In this document: piece by piece, positions 1-7,228 of the stretch
How positions within the stretch are numbered: position 1 is the first letter of the stretch
Layout of the letters: each line of letters starts with the position of its first letter
Source: a virus
Lineage: Duplodnaviria; Caudoviricetes
IMG/VR virus record: IMGVR_UViG_3300004281_000002
Span: 1 to 60,999 of that record
DNA: 60,999 bases
Reading direction: 5' to 3' (one strand)
Notes under the pieces: model-generated
Told to the model about the DNA's origin: nothing
The model's database searches: none
What the model saw: the letters and a program-made list of their open reading frames with translations, nothing else
Translations under genes and position numbers: made by a program

Positions 1-38
1 AAAAAAAGGCCTCTCGCGTGGTCGCGCGAGAGGCCTTT
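1..38 (-). terminator. Intrinsic terminator ending the early-region transcript
   Basis: Perfect inverted repeat AAAGGCCTCTCGCG (5-18) / CGCGAGAGGCCTTT (25-38). The A7 at 1-7 is a U-tract on the minus strand, just downstream of the stop of 57..476. Confidence 0.85.
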
Positions 39-56
39 CGTACGTGCGTAGGCGAG

Positions 57-476
57 CTAGTAGGGCTTCAGGTCGTTCTCGCGCTGCGCGATACCCGCGA
101 GCAGCTGTTGCGCAAAAGCTGAGGGTTTCTCGGCAAGTAGCGCGCACAGGAGTCTCCAGAACTGTGCTCCCCCGTTCACACAGCCGCGGTAGGCGCCCGT
201 ATCGGGGTCGTCGCCCAGGTGGAGCGAGACGATGCCGGTGTTTTCTTTGCCGCTCGCCTTGCGCGTGCCGAGCGTGTTCCAGCCGACCGAGACCTCGCGC
301 AGCGCGCGAGCCGGCTTCTGGGAGCCGAGCGCGTTCGTGAGGCGGGCGTTCTCAGCGCGGAGCGCGATCAGCTGTGCCTGGAGGTCGTCGCTCGCGACGG
401 GCGTCTGCACGGGTGCAGCTGCGGGCGGCGGGGTGAGGCCCGCGACGGAGGCGGGCACGTGAGGGGATTTGGCCAT
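57..476 (-). CDS. Hypothetical protein (139 aa, short coiled coil)
   Basis: ATG preceded by CGCAAGGAG; ends before the terminator; LQAQLIALRAENARL coiled coil. Confidence 0.8.
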   Translation of the reverse strand: MAKSPHVPASVAGLTPPPAAAPVQTPVASDDLQAQLIALRAENARLTNALGSQKPARALREVSVGWNTLGTRKASGKENTGIVSLHLGDDPDTGAYRGCVNGGAQFWRLLCALLAEKPSAFAQQLLAGIAQRENDLKPY

Positions 477-552
477 GGGAAGAGTCTCCTTGCGCCTGGG
501 TGTGTGTGCGGATGCCGGGCTGAGCGGCGCGGTGCCTCAGCGGTCGAGAGCC

Positions 553-561
553 ATCGTAGCA
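553..561 (-). promoter_or_regulatory. Extended -10 promoter candidate (TGcTACGAT)
   Basis: TGn-TAnnnT upstream of 57..476. Palindrome GCCGCC-TGA-GGCGGC lies immediately upstream (565-579). Confidence 0.5.
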
Positions 562-753
562 CGGGCCGCCTGAGGCGGCTTTTGGTCGCGCGCGGTATGC
601 GCGTGGGGAAGAGCGAGCAGGGACAGGCGTGCCCCCGGCCGCGCCTGTGTACGGCAGACGACCGGGGGCATGTTGCTGCGCTCAGGAGTACGTTCTAGGA
701 GTGAATGGGTGGCCTCCTTTCTGCGCGTACCGTAGGGGGCACGCGCGAGGGAA

Positions 754-822
754 TCAGCGAGAGAACGCGATCAGTGCGAGCAAGCAGAGAAGCCAGAGCG
801 CTCGCACGAGAGCGCGTGTCAC
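754..822 (-). CDS. 22-aa hydrophobic peptide (MTRALVRALWLLCLLALIAFSR)
   Basis: Translated by hand. The GTG overlaps the TGA of 819..1235 (GTGA coupling). Single TM-like segment. Confidence 0.5.
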   Translation of the reverse strand: MTRALVRALWLLCLLALIAFSR

Positions 823-1235
823 GGGATGCGGCGCACCGGAACGGGCGTGGTGGCCGCTTCCAGGGTGAGTCGCTCGCGTCCGCGCCATTCGCCCGTGATG
901 AATGCCTGCTCCTCGGTCAGCTGCTGTGGCGTGAACATGGTGTCTGCCGCGGAGACGATTGCCTCTTGCACGTCAGGATCGATGCCGAGCACCTTACCCG
1001 CCAGGTGGTAATCGCCCACGCTGATGCTGTCATACCCGAGAAAGAGCGCCACACACGTGAGCGGGCAGTAGAGCGTGGTGTGGCGGGAGACCGGCTGCCC
1101 CACGTTCGCGTAGAGCGCCTCCTGTGCGGCGTCGCTCGTGGGGCGGATGCGGACCTCGCGGTATTCGGGGTCGCGCACGAACAAGCCGCTCGTGAGCGCC
1201 AGCTGCAATGCCTTCAGAAACTCGAACAGAGTCAT
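819..1235 (-). CDS. Hypothetical protein (138 aa)
   Basis: CGCAAGGAGG RBS; globular composition. Confidence 0.8.
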   Translation of the reverse strand: MTLFEFLKALQLALTSGLFVRDPEYREVRIRPTSDAAQEALYANVGQPVSRHTTLYCPLTCVALFLGYDSISVGDYHLAGKVLGIDPDVQEAIVSAADTMFTPQQLTEEQAFITGEWRGRERLTLEAATTPVPVRRIP

Positions 1236-1299
1236 GGGAGAATGCGCCTCCTTGCGCGTAGGAACGCCGGAGCGCCGCGTGGACGCTCCGGGCTAGGGG

Positions 1300-1539
1300 T
1301 CAGCCTGTGATCGGGCATCCCGAGGCCCGTAACGCCTTCCAGGCGTCTCGGCACGCCGCGGGATTCTCCGGGCACATGATGTACCGCGTGTCGTTCAGGT
1401 CCTGGCACTCACGCCAGTCAGGCATGGGTGCCTCGCTACAGCTGCACGCGTACGCCGCGAGCCACAGCAACAGAGCGATCAGCAGCGCGTAATCGTTCCA
1501 GCTGTTGCCCGCGATGTCGCGCCACTCGCGCGAGCGCAT
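1300..1539 (-). CDS. Small membrane/lipoprotein-like protein (79 aa)
   Basis: Hydrophobic LLIALLLWLAAYAC followed by Cys-rich tail; start coupled to the stop of the upstream gene. Confidence 0.6.
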   Translation of the reverse strand: MRSREWRDIAGNSWNDYALLIALLLWLAAYACSCSEAPMPDWRECQDLNDTRYIMCPENPAACRDAWKALRASGCPITG

Positions 1540-2312
1540 CAGTCCTGCGGGGCGATCACCACGACCGGCTCCGGCCGATCGAGGTACGCGCGCAGCGTCT
1601 CGATGCCCGCTGCCGCCTCCACGTGCTTGATGTCGTGCTCGCGCTGCGTACGCTGCACGTCCCCGAGCGCCACATTCGCCTCGTACTCGTCGTTCTCCGC
1701 GTGCGTCTGCTGCTCGCCCGCGGCAATGCGCCGCTCGCGCGCGGCCTCGACCTCGCCGTCCGCCTTCGCGTATGCCTCCTCGGCCTCCACCTGGCGCCGA
1801 CGCGCGTCCGCCAGCACCGCCTCCGCATTGCTCACGGCAGTCTCGTCCGCCTCACGCTCACGTGCGATCTCGAACTGCCGTCGCGCGAGCCTGCCCATGG
1901 CAACACCGACGCTCTCCCGCGTCACGCGCGAGAGAATCTCCGTCCGCCAGCACTCCATGAGCATCGTCCACGTGACGTTCTCGCTGAGCGTCAACGCCTC
2001 GTCGCCAGGCACGTCGTCATCGTACGGGATGTTGAAGCCGTACGCGCCGCCGTTGCCCAGACGGTGCTTCGAGAGAAACTCGTTGAAGCCTCCGCCGTCA
2101 CGCTCGTTCGCGACGCTGTGCGCGACGCCGTTCATGAAGTCCGTCCGCACGAGCGTGCCGACGATGCAGTGCGCGCCGTCGCTCATGTGGATGTCGCCCA
2201 TGTAGGCGAGCAAGAGGTCCGCCCAGCCGGCCGGCGCATGCGCGTCCAGCCAAGCGGCGCCGCGCGCGACGAACGCCGCGAGCAGCAATTGGAAGTACCG
2301 GGTCAAGTCCAT
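1539..2312 (-). CDS. Hypothetical protein with C-terminal coiled coil (start reassigned to MDLTRY)
   Basis: ACGCAAGGAGG RBS 6 nt before ATG 2312; E/A/R-rich coiled coil. Confidence 0.8.
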   Translation of the reverse strand: MDLTRYFQLLLAAFVARGAAWLDAHAPAGWADLLLAYMGDIHMSDGAHCIVGTLVRTDFMNGVAHSVANERDGGGFNEFLSKHRLGNGGAYGFNIPYDDDVPGDEALTLSENVTWTMLMECWRTEILSRVTRESVGVAMGRLARRQFEIAREREADETAVSNAEAVLADARRRQVEAEEAYAKADGEVEAARERRIAAGEQQTHAENDEYEANVALGDVQRTQREHDIKHVEAAAGIETLRAYLDRPEPVVVIAPQD

Positions 2313-2388
2313 AAACGCCTCCTTGCGTCTGGTTCCCACGTGGTCGCGTGGGGTTAGGCGCGGCAGGGAAGTCCCGCCGCGGAAAGTG

Positions 2389-2399
2389 AGCCTAGCACA
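2389..2399 (-). promoter_or_regulatory. Extended -10 promoter candidate (TGTGcTAGGCT)
   Basis: TGTGn-TAnnnT in the intergenic region upstream of 2312. Confidence 0.5.
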
Positions 2400-2465
2400 C
2401 TCGATTCTCGGGCCAGCGGCGAGCGCGCCGCGCTCAGCGCGCCGCCGCTTCCACGAGACAGACAG

Positions 2466-2615
2466 TCAGTGCCGCAGCCAGTACGCGACGAGCGCCCCGG
2501 CCAGGGCAAATGCGAACAATGCTTGCGCGAGAGTGCGGCGCTCACGCTGGCGCAGCGGATGCTTGAACGGCAGCCGCTGCCGGAGGCGCGGCAGGGGCTT
2601 ATAGTAGAACTTCAC
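2466..2615 (-). CDS. 49-aa basic peptide with C-terminal TM segment
   Basis: Hand translation MKFYYKPLPRLRQRLPFKHPLRQRERRTLAQALFAFALAGALVAYWLRH; GTGA overlap with the upstream stop. Confidence 0.6.
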   Translation of the reverse strand: MKFYYKPLPRLRQRLPFKHPLRQRERRTLAQALFAFALAGALVAYWLRH

Positions 2616-2800
2616 TCGTCATCGTCCTCCTCTCTTGCGAACACGCCAGAAGCTAATGCATCATCCGCGCATGGATCGCAAAACTCGAAGTAGTCGCAAT
2701 CGCCCACGTCGATCCGGCGGATGCGACAGGTCGCGGTGCCTTCGCACGACTCCTTGCCCTCGTGCGTGGGGCAGCCCTTGTCTGCACACTCGCAGTTCAT
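2612..2800 (-). CDS. Small Cys-rich (putative Zn-binding) protein
   Basis: MNCECADKGCPTH...C...FCDPC; GAGG RBS before ATG 2800. Confidence 0.7.
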   Translation of the reverse strand: MNCECADKGCPTHEGKESCEGTATCRIRRIDVGDCDYFEFCDPCADDALASGVFAREEDDDE

Positions 2801-2801
2801 G

Positions 2802-2990
2802 TCACTGCCCCTCGTGGATGGTGAAGCCCTCGGCCTCGAATTGCTTGCGCACGGCGTCCCAATCGTCGCCCAGGAAGTTGGCGTCAAAGCAGCCGTGCGT
2901 AGGCGATTCCGCCGCAGTCACGACCGTCATAGTTTCGACGGTCACGATCAGGCGCGAGCCGTCCTTCACTAGCTCGTATCGCTTCGTCAT
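2802..2990 (-). CDS. Hypothetical protein (62 aa, MTKRYELVK...)
   Basis: ATGA overlap with the upstream gene; tight operon packing. Confidence 0.7.
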   Translation of the reverse strand: MTKRYELVKDGSRLIVTVETMTVVTAAESPTHGCFDANFLGDDWDAVRKQFEAEGFTIHEGQ

Positions 2991-3199
2991 GACCAACTCG
3001 CTTTCTGCTCGAACGGCACGAACGCAGAGCACCACAGCTTGCCCACCACGTACCCCACGTGCCAGCTCGTGCCGTCCTTGCGGTCTACGTACATTTTCGA
3101 GACGTGGCCGCCGCCTAGCTTCTCGCGCAACTCCTTCACGCTGCGCGCGTAGTAGTGGCAGCCGTGCTGATCGATGTAGAGCATCAGCTTGCCTTTCAT
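2987..3199 (-). CDS. Conserved-looking small phage early protein (70 aa)
   Basis: YIDQHG...SKMYVDRKDG...HVGYVVG motif pattern; CGCAAGGAGG RBS. Confidence 0.8.
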   Translation of the reverse strand: MKGKLMLYIDQHGCHYYARSVKELREKLGGGHVSKMYVDRKDGTSWHVGYVVGKLWCSAFVPFEQKASWS

Positions 3200-3564
3200 G
3201 TTGCCTCCTTGCGGGTCAGAACGTGTCGCACGTGCGCTGCGTACCGTCGCTTGCGCCGAATGGCGCCGCGCGCGGCCGGATGCACGAGCGAGCGATGCGG
3301 GATACCTGCGCGCGTGAGCGCTGCCTGCACCTTGCGTCCCATTGCCACGATGGTGACGCCCGATGCCTCATGCTTGCGCAGCCACGCGAACCCACGCCGC
3401 TCGAACAGATTGGCGTACAGGTGATCCTGCGGGTTGATGTTGCAGACTTCCAGTGCGTCGAACAGCGAGCGCCCCGCCAAGCGCCCGTCCTGAAGACGGA
3501 CGCCCATGCGGATTGCCCGTGGCGAGCGCCGCTCTCCGACGAACAGAAAGCAGCGCTGTGCCAT
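3196..3564 (-). CDS. Minimal uracil-DNA-glycosylase-like fold protein (122 aa)
   Basis: LFVGE...IVAMGRKV...LVHPAAR matches the UDG-superfamily motif order (motif A, VALG, HPS/A). Start at MAQRC is coupled to the upstream stop. Confidence 0.6.
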   Translation of the reverse strand: MAQRCFLFVGERRSPRAIRMGVRLQDGRLAGRSLFDALEVCNINPQDHLYANLFERRGFAWLRKHEASGVTIVAMGRKVQAALTRAGIPHRSLVHPAARGAIRRKRRYAAHVRHVLTRKEAT

Positions 3565-3653
3565 CAGTGTCTCTGCCTCGGCCAGAACGACCCCACCGCA
3601 CACACGAGCAAGACTGCCCACGCGAGCCATGCGACCCATAGCTGATCGAGCAT
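3564..3653 (-). CDS. 29-aa TM peptide (MLDQLWVAWLAWAVLLVCAVGSFWPRQRH)
   Basis: Hand translation; fills the gap exactly, with TGATG coupling to the next gene. Confidence 0.6.
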   Translation of the reverse strand: MLDQLWVAWLAWAVLLVCAVGSFWPRQRH

Positions 3654-3655
3654 GG

Positions 3656-3889
3656 CTACGCTGGTGTCCCGTTGCAGAACTTGCAGCTCTTACGGCGCCG
3701 CTTGTGCGTCGCCCGATGCTCCACCAGTAGCTTGCGGTCGCAATACTGACTGAAGTGATTTTGCGGGCACGTGACAAGCGCGTAGCCAGGAACACTCCCG
3801 TCGTAGTGGCAGCCGCACGCCATGCCCAGCTGCCCACGGTCGAGGGACTTGATGCCCTCGTGCAGACTCCCGAGAAAGAGAAATGCCAT
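3656..3889 (-). CDS. Cys/His-rich small protein (77 aa)
   Basis: CGCH, CPQNH, CKFC; CGCAAGGAGG RBS before ATG 3889. Confidence 0.75.
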   Translation of the reverse strand: MAFLFLGSLHEGIKSLDRGQLGMACGCHYDGSVPGYALVTCPQNHFSQYCDRKLLVEHRATHKRRRKSCKFCNGTPA

Positions 3890-3938
3890 ATGCGCCTCCT
3901 TGCGCTGCGGGCTGGTCGGCCCGCGTTGAATTTCGAGC

Positions 3939-3949
3939 ATTGTACCACA
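3939..3949 (-). promoter_or_regulatory. Extended -10 promoter candidate (TGTGgTACAAT)
   Basis: Near-consensus extended -10, ~50 nt upstream of ATG 3889. Confidence 0.65.
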
Positions 3950-4029
3950 CACCGCAAACGAGAAGCGGCGCCCAGCCCCATGAAAGCCAGGCGCCGCTTC
4001 CCCGACAGACAGACAGGCGGGTAGGGCGC

Positions 4030-4134
4030 CTATCTGCGCCGCCGCCAGAACCACCGCCGCCATCCTCCCTTCACCGTCCGCCACCCCACCACACACGCGA
4101 GTATCGCCACGAACATTTGCGCATCAGGACTCAT
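4030..4134 (-). CDS. 34-aa TM peptide with Arg/Trp-rich tail
   Basis: MSPDAQMFVAILACVVGWRTVKGGWRRWFWRRRR; ATGA overlap. Confidence 0.6.
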   Translation of the reverse strand: MSPDAQMFVAILACVVGWRTVKGGWRRWFWRRRR

Positions 4135-4385
4135 GCGCTGGAATCCGGCGTAAACTCGAAATAAAAGCGGGGCTGATGCTGGAATGTAAGTGAGCCCTTC
4201 TGCCCATCCGCTTTCCGCGTGACGATCACGAACGGTGCACCAAAGCCCACGACCGAAAAATCCCGCGTCAGCTCCTGCGTGTTCCACACTTGCCCGTACG
4301 CTGCCTCCAGCTGCTCACGCGTCTGCGGGTTGTTGTTGATTAACTCTGTGAGAATCGCGCGTCCGATCTCCGTGGGGTCAGCCAT
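4131..4385 (-). CDS. Conserved hypothetical phage protein (84 aa)
   Basis: YGQVWNTQELTRDFSVVGFGAPFVIVTRKADGQKGSLTFQHQPRFYF; AAGGAG RBS. Confidence 0.85.
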   Translation of the reverse strand: MADPTEIGRAILTELINNNPQTREQLEAAYGQVWNTQELTRDFSVVGFGAPFVIVTRKADGQKGSLTFQHQPRFYFEFTPDSSA

Positions 4386-4737
4386 TGGCCTTCTCCTTGA
4401 GCCAGGCAGCCACGTACAAGTAGCCAGCTGACCCATGCGTGTCGCCCTGCACGACGCCCTTGTTGTCCACGTATAGCGTGAACGTGTGCGCGTCACGCGT
4501 GGACATCGTGTAATCGCGCAGGAGGTCTGCGGCCTTCGCCATCCACGCCTTGTTCGCCCCACCATTCAGCCACTCGACCAGGCGATGCTTCTCTGCCGGG
4601 TCGCCTTGGCAGTCCTGGCGGTCGTACACGAGGTCCACTGTGCCGTCCTGCGTGACGATCGCCCGGCAGCCCCAGGCTGCCTTTGCGGTCTCGGGTATCA
4701 CGTGGTTCAGCCCGAATGACAGCTTGAGCCCTGCCAT
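4378..4737 (-). CDS. Conserved hypothetical phage protein (~119 aa)
   Basis: AAWGCRAIV...GSAGYLYVAAWL; AGGAG RBS. Confidence 0.8.
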   Translation of the reverse strand: MAGLKLSFGLNHVIPETAKAAWGCRAIVTQDGTVDLVYDRQDCQGDPAEKHRLVEWLNGGANKAWMAKAADLLRDYTMSTRDAHTFTLYVDNKGVVQGDTHGSAGYLYVAAWLKEKANG

Positions 4738-4907
4738 CACCAGCTCTCCTGTGCTTGACGCTCGGCCCAGCGGTCCATTCGGTTCTGGTGCCGCACTTCC
4801 TCGCGTCGCGTACGCTGCCGAGTCATCCTCGGCTGCCCATCTTCGTTGTCGTCCGCCACGTCGAACGTGGCTTCCTCTGCTTCGTGCCTCTTGACTGTGT
4901 TCGCCAT
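4737..4907 (-). CDS. 56-aa charged protein, absent from the ORF track (MANTVKRHEAEE...)
   Basis: Hand translation; ACGCAAGGAGG RBS; TGATG coupling to the next gene. Confidence 0.75.
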   Translation of the reverse strand: MANTVKRHEAEEATFDVADDNEDGQPRMTRQRTRREEVRHQNRMDRWAERQAQESW

Positions 4908-5000
4908 AGGTCCTCCTTGCGTATTAGAAGCCCGTACAGCCCTGCCCTGGCCGAGGGTGTGGTCGCACCCTTGCCCGGCCAGGAACCGGGCTCTACCGGG

Positions 5001-5645
5001 CTATACCGAGGTTTCCGTCCCGTTGGACTGGTCGGCCTCGGGCTTCTCGACCTCGACCAGATGCACATGCGCCTGCACCTGAGCCGCGGTCTCCTGTGCC
5101 TTCACCTTCGCGTCCACCGCCGCCGTCACCTGATCGTGCAGGCTGTTGCCCGCTCCCGTCTTGGGACGCCCGAACCGCGAGCCCAGCTGGAACGGCGCAA
5201 TGTACGCGTTGAATTCCTCCTTGGCCTTCGCCGCGACTGCCTCTGCCTGACGCACAGTCGCGCCCAAGCGCTCAACCTCCGTCGTCTCGTCCTCGGTGAG
5301 CGGACGCAGAGCATCATGGTAATGCGACAGCTCACACTTCTCGGTCGGATTCTCCAGCGTGACCAGGAGCGTATGGTTCTTCGCATGAATCCCGCGGGCG
5401 ATACCCTTGCGCGGACGGTAGTTGGTCACCTGCGTGAACGGAATGGCGACCTTCGCCGCCTGCTCCGCCACCTTCCGCTTCAACCCAGCAATCGCGGCCT
5501 CGTACGTGGCACCGTGCGCGATCGTGGTAGTATACGTCAGGGCATCACTCGGGCGATGCGTGTAGAAAGTGCCGTTGCTGGAGCACGACACGACGTACAT
5601 CTGTCCACGTACCTGCGTGCTACCGATCTTCGTAAAATCTGCCAT
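5001..5645 (-). CDS. Hypothetical protein (214 aa, start MADFTK)
   Basis: ACGCAAGGAGG RBS before ATG 5645. Confidence 0.8.
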   Translation of the reverse strand: MADFTKIGSTQVRGQMYVVSCSSNGTFYTHRPSDALTYTTTIAHGATYEAAIAGLKRKVAEQAAKVAIPFTQVTNYRPRKGIARGIHAKNHTLLVTLENPTEKCELSHYHDALRPLTEDETTEVERLGATVRQAEAVAAKAKEEFNAYIAPFQLGSRFGRPKTGAGNSLHDQVTAAVDAKVKAQETAAQVQAHVHLVEVEKPEADQSNGTETSV

Positions 5646-5666
5646 ATGTCCTCCTTGCGTGTGATA

Positions 5667-5706
5667 TGAAAACGAACGCGGCGGGAGACCCATTCCCCCG
5701 CCGCGT
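5667..5706 (-). terminator. Terminator/attenuator-like hairpin
   Basis: ACGCGGCGGG / CCCGCCGCGT stem (5676-5706) followed on the minus strand by TCGTTTTC. Confidence 0.6.
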
Positions 5707-5757
5707 CCCCTGGCCGCAGACGTGTCGTACCCCGATTTGGCGCCTGCGACCAAGCCC

Positions 5758-5871
5758 TCATGCGGATTGCTTCTGCACTGCGCGCCAACAGCGGAAGCAC
5801 AGCCACTGCGCCAGCACGACATGCCAGCGCACGCTGTCGCTGCTGGGGCACAGATCACAGCTGCGTGCCAT
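5758..5871 (-). CDS. 37-aa zinc-finger-like peptide
   Basis: MARSCDLC...WLCFRCW (two CxxC). Confidence 0.55.
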   Translation of the reverse strand: MARSCDLCPSSDSVRWHVVLAQWLCFRCWRAVQKQSA

Positions 5872-5873
5872 GA

Positions 5874-7031
5874 CTACGCCGCCAGCTGCATCAGCTTGCC
5901 GGACCGGCGCTCCAGGTCCACGCGGGTATCTATCCACGCATAATCTCGTGCGCTCGCCGTCAAGCCCTGCATCAGCGTCCACAGGTTGACGACCTCGCCG
6001 CCCTCCTCGCGCTCCGCGTACGCGATGCCCTGCCTGATCTCGCTCGCCGTGAAGCCGTGCTTCTTGCCGAACTCGATCAGCTTGTCCCGGTCAGGCGCCC
6101 CAGGAATCTCGAACGCCTTGGCCTTCTTGATCTTCGCTTCGAGCGGCGCTGCCGGCGCGTTCACGTACGACTTGAGCGTCGGCCCGGCCTCCGCGATGAA
6201 GCGCTCCGGAGCGTTCAGGCTGTGCCGGATGCGCAGCTCGCAGAGCTGCTCCGCGCCCCAAATTTGGTGATTCCCGCACACGCCCCGGAAAAGGAATGTG
6301 GCGAGTCCAAACGTCGCCGCGCCGACCTCACTGTTCCACGCGTAGAAGCCGCGGTGCAGCTGGTCGCGCTCACTGCCGCCATCCACGATCGAGCCGCCGT
6401 CCACAAAGAACATGAACACGTCCCGGTCCGACGCGTACAGACCGCCACGCTTATGCGTGCCGTCCTTGTGCGTGTCCCACACGAGCGGATTCTCGAACTT
6501 GCCGCCCGTCGCATCCACGATGCGCTCCACGAGGTCCACCACATCGATGTCCCAAATCCGCCCGTAGCTGGCGCTCGTGGCCGCGCGCAGCTCGTACGTG
6601 TCGTCGTCCTCCGCGCCCTCCACATCCGGGACCGGCCACGCCAGCAGCCGCGCGTCCGTGCCGTCCTCGGACGCCTGCTTGGCGAAGCCCTCCTGCAAGC
6701 ACGTCACCGCGGTCGGCATGCTCAGCTCGCGGAGATACGTCGCAGGGGCGTGCGCCCGCTGGCACATCTGGCCAAATGACCAGTGCGTCGGCAGGAAGTT
6801 GAAGGGCGAGTTGGGCGCCCCGAAAAAGATGCCCGGCTTGCCCTCGGTCTGTCCCGGCTTGACGTAGTTGGCGGTCTCCACCGTCAGCTTATCGAGCGGC
6901 ACGTCGAACACGCGCGCGGTGCTACGGCGGCTGTCCACCTTCGCCTTCAAGGCAGCCAGGTTCTCGAACCGCTGGTCGCGTGGCCGCGCGTAATACTGGC
7001 GGTTCGGTTCCACAATCGAAACTTCGCTCAT
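5874..7031 (-). CDS. DUF932-family protein (385 aa)
   Basis: THWSFGQ, SYGRIWD, LYASDRDVFMFFVD, RGFYAWNSEVG, VCGNHQIWG, IRH are DUF932 motifs of mobile elements; ACGCAAGGAG RBS at ATG 7031. Confidence 0.85.
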   Translation of the reverse strand: MSEVSIVEPNRQYYARPRDQRFENLAALKAKVDSRRSTARVFDVPLDKLTVETANYVKPGQTEGKPGIFFGAPNSPFNFLPTHWSFGQMCQRAHAPATYLRELSMPTAVTCLQEGFAKQASEDGTDARLLAWPVPDVEGAEDDDTYELRAATSASYGRIWDIDVVDLVERIVDATGGKFENPLVWDTHKDGTHKRGGLYASDRDVFMFFVDGGSIVDGGSERDQLHRGFYAWNSEVGAATFGLATFLFRGVCGNHQIWGAEQLCELRIRHSLNAPERFIAEAGPTLKSYVNAPAAPLEAKIKKAKAFEIPGAPDRDKLIEFGKKHGFTASEIRQGIAYAEREEGGEVVNLWTLMQGLTASARDYAWIDTRVDLERRSGKLMQLAA

Positions 7032-7228
7032 TGGTCGTCTCCTTGCGTCGGGCTGGGAGGCAATGTCGGCACGGCCCGTTCGTTGCCGATTTCCAAGTCT
7101 AACACAGTCCATTCTCCTGTGAGCGGTGGGCTGCCCTCGCACGTGCACAGCGCATCGTACGGGACAGTCCCACCGTCGTCGGACAGTAGCCGCCCACAGT
7201 GGGCGCAGCTACTCGTTGTCGTCTCCAT
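7028..7228 (-). CDS. Small protein with CxxC (66 aa)
   Basis: CAHCG...CTC; ATGA overlap with the DUF932 start. Confidence 0.5.
   Translation of the reverse strand: METTTSSCAHCGRLLSDDGGTVPYDALCTCEGSPPLTGEWTVLDLEIGNERAVPTLPPSPTQGDDQ

Noticed and set aside
711-722. Strong SD-like AGAAAGGAGG on the minus strand
   Set aside because: No canonical start codon at a usable distance, and it lacks the CGC extension, so it is not counted as a regulon site.
2750-2758. Extra CTCCTTGC matches inside coding regions (also ~25613)
   Set aside because: They lack the final G and an appropriately spaced start codon; treated as chance matches.
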